NCBI GenBank assembly: GCA_002104905.1
Contig: MCFE01000341.1
Location: 27,672 to 91,671 of the forward strand
From: Basidiobolus meristosporus CBS 931.73
Lineage: Eukaryota; Fungi; Basidiobolomycota
Direction: 5' to 3'
DNA length: 64,000 bases
Shown here: positions 61,003 through 64,000 of the stretch, one piece after another
Layout of the letters: each line of letters starts with the position of its first letter
How positions within the stretch are numbered: position 1 is the stretch's first letter
Position numbers and translations under genes: made by a program
Notes under the pieces: model-generated
What the model was told of the DNA's origin: nothing
Seen by the model: only the letters and a program-made list of their open reading frames with translations
Databases searched by the model: none

Positions 61003-64000
61003 TGTTACAAGTCTTGGTACAAGAGTTGTAGAGGAATAGGGAGTTTAGCTAGTATTGTATTCACTAAAACTTGAACTGATTTTTATTGAGGTTCCAGCAG
61101 CTCCTTATATACATTTTGCCAGATCAATTGCTGACTAATTGTAATTCCTAATGTAGGTTGTGGCTGATGACTCATTTGATTGCATCATCATCACCCAATA
61201 AGATCCTACTTAATATATCTATTTCTGTCAGATAAGGATCTGCTGATTCATTTGCTGACTAATGCTACTGATTTCATAGATAATACTGATATACTGATAA
61301 CCTAAACATATACTAATTGATTTGACTAAAACTGATCTAACTTAAACATTCAAGCGGCAGATCATAACATTCTCCCCTACCAAAGTTGAGAGGGTTCTCC
61401 TGAATCTCTTTTCTTGTGATACCAATATCTTGATGGTTCAGTATTATCAGCAAGTCTTGCAAGCTTGAGTCTGTCCCTATGCACTAAGTCTTCCCGGATA
61501 TTACCTTGTTTGTCCACCAGTTGGTAAGTTGCAAATGGACATTCTCTGATGATCTTGAATGGTCCTGTCCATTGTGGCTCAAACTTCTTCCGAGTGTTGT
61601 TTCTTAGCAATACAAAGTTCCCAACTGTCAATGCTTCTGGTGCTATAGTCTTATCAAATCTCTGCTTCATCTTTTCTGCGCTTTGAGATACTTTGGTCTG
61701 TGCCTCTTGACGTCTTTGTTCCAGTTGCTGGTGTCTACTTGGCTGACTGAGTCCATCTTCTAAGGTGTCTGTAAGTTTTGGTTGTGTGAGATCTCCTGGA
61801 ATCCTTGGTTCACATCCATAAACTAAGTAAAATGGTGATTGCTGGGTGGTGTTGTGTACTCTGACTCTGCATGCAAAGAGTGCTTGGTCTATATACTCAT
61901 CCCATCTACTGACAACTCCATTTGCATACTTGGTCAGCATTTTTCCAAATAATCCATTGAACCGCTCAGTGACTCCATTAGTTCTGGGGTGATATGCTGA
62001 GGTTTTCAAGTGTCTGATCTGCTGCATTTCCAGGTAAGCCTCCAATGTCTTTGCCATAAAGTTTGCACCTCTATCAGATAAGATCTCCACAGGGCATCCA
62101 AACTTTATCAGGATCTCATGGTAAATGAAACTTGCAACTTCTTGTTCACTGGCTATTGGTACAGCTTTAGCAACAGGCCATTTAGTGCCATGGTCAATTG
62201 CTACTAGGATCCAACGGTTGCATTTCCTGGTAGTTGGCAGTCTTCCAATAAAGTCAATTCCCCATCTCTCAAATGGTCTTACAGGCTCCAAAGGGAAGAG
62301 TTCGGCAATTCTTTGTGGCTGGCCTTGATTGATTTGGCAGTTAGGGCATGTTTTTACTAGCTTCTCAATGTCTTGTTTCATTCTGGGCCGCCATGCTCTG
62401 GCTTTTACAAGGCTATAGGTTCCTTCAATCCCAGGATGTCCATATCCATTGTGTAGCTTATGTATTAAATCCAGGCAAGCAACATAAGGACAATAGGCAA
62501 TAGGGCTTCCATCAACAATTCGGTAGAGTGTTTCATTCTGTACAACAAATTTGCTGGCTTCATCACGGATTATCTTCTTGATATCTTCATCCACCTCATT
62601 AGGAATGGCTTGGTCCTCCAAGTACTTTGGTAATAGGCTAGGCCAGTCTGATTCATGCACCAAGTTGAGTTGTGCAACTTGATCTAATCTTGATAAGGCA
62701 TCAGCAACTGTGTTGTTTTTTCCAGGACAGTAGACAATCTCCAGGTCAAATTGCTGAATGTATTCACTCCATCTTGTCATTCTTCTAGAGAGTACCTTCT
62801 GAATAAATATATACTTGAGGGAGGCATGATCAGTCTTCACAGTGCATTTGACTCCTTCAATATAGCATCTCCATGTTTTCAAACAGTGTATTATAGCAAG
62901 CATCTCCTTCTCATGGACTGGATAGTTTTGTTCCGCTGAGTTCAGTTTCTTGGATTCAAAGGCAACAGGGTAGTCCTTTCCCTCGTGTTCTTGGCTCAGC
63001 ACTCCACCAATTGCATAATCTGAAGCATCTGTGCATAGAGTGAACTCTTTTCTGAAGTCTGGTATTCTTAAGCTTGGCAACTTAGCAAGTTCATTCTTTA
63101 GCATCTGGAAGGCAGTCTCACAAGCTATGTCCCACTTGTAGGTATTGTCTTTCTTGAGGATATCAGTTAAAGGGGCTGCAATACTTGCAAATGACTTGAC
63201 AAATCTCCGATAATAGGAAACCATTCCAAGGAAGGATCTGAGTTCTGATATGCTATGCGGCTGCTTCAAATTCTTGATTACTTCCACCTTCTTGGGGTCT
63301 AAGGTTACTCCTGTGCTAGTCACTATGTGTCCCAGATATTCTACGTGTTCCTTGAAGAATTCACACTTGGCTAGCTTGCCATATAGCTTGTTCTCTCTTA
63401 GTTTCTTCAAGACCTTTTCAATGTGTACCATGTGATCCTTTTCTGTCTTGCTGTATATCAATATGTCATCCAGGTAGATTATCACAAACTTGTCTAAGTA
63501 CTCCTGAAAGACAGTCTGCATCAGCGTCATGAATGTTGCAGGGGCATTGGTGAGGCCAAAACTCATGACTAAGTACTTGTAATGTCCATATCTGGTCCTG
63601 AATGCTGTCTTAGGGATATCTTCTGGTTTCACCCTAATCTGGTTGTATCCTGACATGAGGTCAATCTTGCTGAAAATAGTGGCTCCATTAAGTTGGTCCA
63701 AAAGCTCATCAATCCAAGGTATGGGGTACTTATTCTTGACGGTAACTGAGTTCAGGGCTCTGTAGTCAATGCACATCCTAAGTGTTCCATCCTTCTTTTT
63801 CACAAAAAGCACTGGTGCTCCCCAGGGTGACTTGCTGGGCCTGATGTATCCTTGCTCCAATAGCTGATCAATTTGTCTCTTCATTTCCTCCAATTCCAAT
63901 GGACTCATTCTGTAAGGTGTCTTGCTCACTGGAGGGCTATCTCCTGTGTCAATGGCATGATCCACATCTCTGACTGGTGGTAGGCTTACAAGCTCATCTG
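61003..64000 (-). mobile_element. Young Ty3/gypsy G1 element, 3' part (3' LTR 61003-61369; PPT GGTAGGGGAGAA overlapping the stop codon); runs off the window
   Basis: 367-bp TG...CA LTR homologous to 42342-42708. Open pol. Expected TSD TCAGC at 60998-61002. Confidence 0.95.
61377..64000 (-). CDS. Ty3/gypsy pol (RT-RNase H-integrase), 5'-partial, no chromodomain
   Basis: [43 protein letters not shown]...[24 protein letters not shown]. The frame stays open to the window edge. Confidence 0.95.
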   Translation of the reverse strand, partial: DELVSLPPVRDVDHAIDTGDSPPVSKTPYRMSPLELEEMKRQIDQLLEQGYIRPSKSPWGAPVLFVKKKDGTLRMCIDYRALNSVTVKNKYPIPWIDELLDQLNGATIFSKIDLMSGYNQIRVKPEDIPKTAFRTRYGHYKYLVMSFGLTNAPATFMTLMQTVFQEYLDKFVIIYLDDILIYSKTEKDHMVHIEKVLKKLRENKLYGKLAKCEFFKEHVEYLGHIVTSTGVTLDPKKVEVIKNLKQPHSISELRSFLGMVSYYRRFVKSFASIAAPLTDILKKDNTYKWDIACETAFQMLKNELAKLPSLRIPDFRKEFTLCTDASDYAIGGVLSQEHEGKDYPVAFESKKLNSAEQNYPVHEKEMLAIIHCLKTWRCYIEGVKCTVKTDHASLKYIFIQKVLSRRMTRWSEYIQQFDLEIVYCPGKNNTVADALSRLDQVAQLNLVHESDWPSLLPKYLEDQAIPNEVDEDIKKIIRDEASKFVVQNETLYRIVDGSPIAYCPYVACLDLIHKLHNGYGHPGIEGTYSLVKARAWRPRMKQDIEKLVKTCPNCQINQGQPQRIAELFPLEPVRPFERWGIDFIGRLPTTRKCNRWILVAIDHGTKWPVAKAVPIASEQEVASFIYHEILIKFGCPVEILSDRGANFMAKTLEAYLEMQQIRHLKTSAYHPRTNGVTERFNGLFGKMLTKYANGVVSRWDEYIDQALFACRVRVHNTTQQSPFYLVYGCEPRIPGDLTQPKLTDTLEDGLSQPSRHQQLEQRRQEAQTKVSQSAEKMKQRFDKTIAPEALTVGNFVLLRNNTRKKFEPQWTGPFKIIRECPFATYQLVDKQGNIREDLVHRDRLKLARLADNTEPSRYWYHKKRDSGEPSQLW

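Noticed and set aside
61003-61074. C-terminal extension of the 60670-61074 ORF as part of the transposase
   Set aside because: The sequence after 61002 is the G1 LTR. The true continuation is seen at 20066 onward.
61377-61560. Possible chromodomain at the G1 integrase C-terminus
   Set aside because: The tail after the GPF motif is short (…[23 protein letters not shown]…) and lacks the YLVKW-type signature.
1-64000. CRISPR arrays, rRNA or tRNA genes, prokaryotic operons or defence systems, host protein genes
   Set aside because: No regularly spaced repeat-spacer pattern and no RNA-gene structure. Every long ORF is retroelement- or transposon-derived.

Overview
Gene-free, repeat-saturated eukaryotic DNA, probably fungal (inferred from tRNA-iMet primer sites and element clades), built almost entirely from nested transposons. 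It contains one essentially intact, very young Ty1/copia element (51331-56016; 1305-aa gag-pol; LTRs differ at 1 of 369 nt; TSD CTGCC). Four decayed copies of a second copia family sit nested in each other at 1.8-19.8 kb. There are two Ty3/gypsy lineages: G1 (42.3-48.3 kb decayed; 61.0-64.0 kb with an open pol) and a Ylt1-like element (27.8-32.0 kb). A PIF/Harbinger-ISL2EU-type (PHIS) DNA transposon system can be rebuilt from fragments: a divergent accessory ORF, a DDE_Tnp_4-like transposase and four ~733-bp almost fully palindromic MITEs with ANT-type 3-bp TSDs. The most interesting items are (1) an unrecognised ~600-codon ORF family ('ORF X', 4-5 copies) lying antisense to and linked with the Ylt1-like gypsy, (2) the PHIS/foldback-MITE system, whose two arms appear homogenised within a copy, and (3) two DNA-level rearrangements: a ~340-bp near-perfect inverted copy of a chimeric LTR junction and a tandem duplication of a whole copia plus flank. 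No host gene, rRNA, tRNA or CRISPR array is supported. Coordinates and identities were read by eye and may be off by a few bases.
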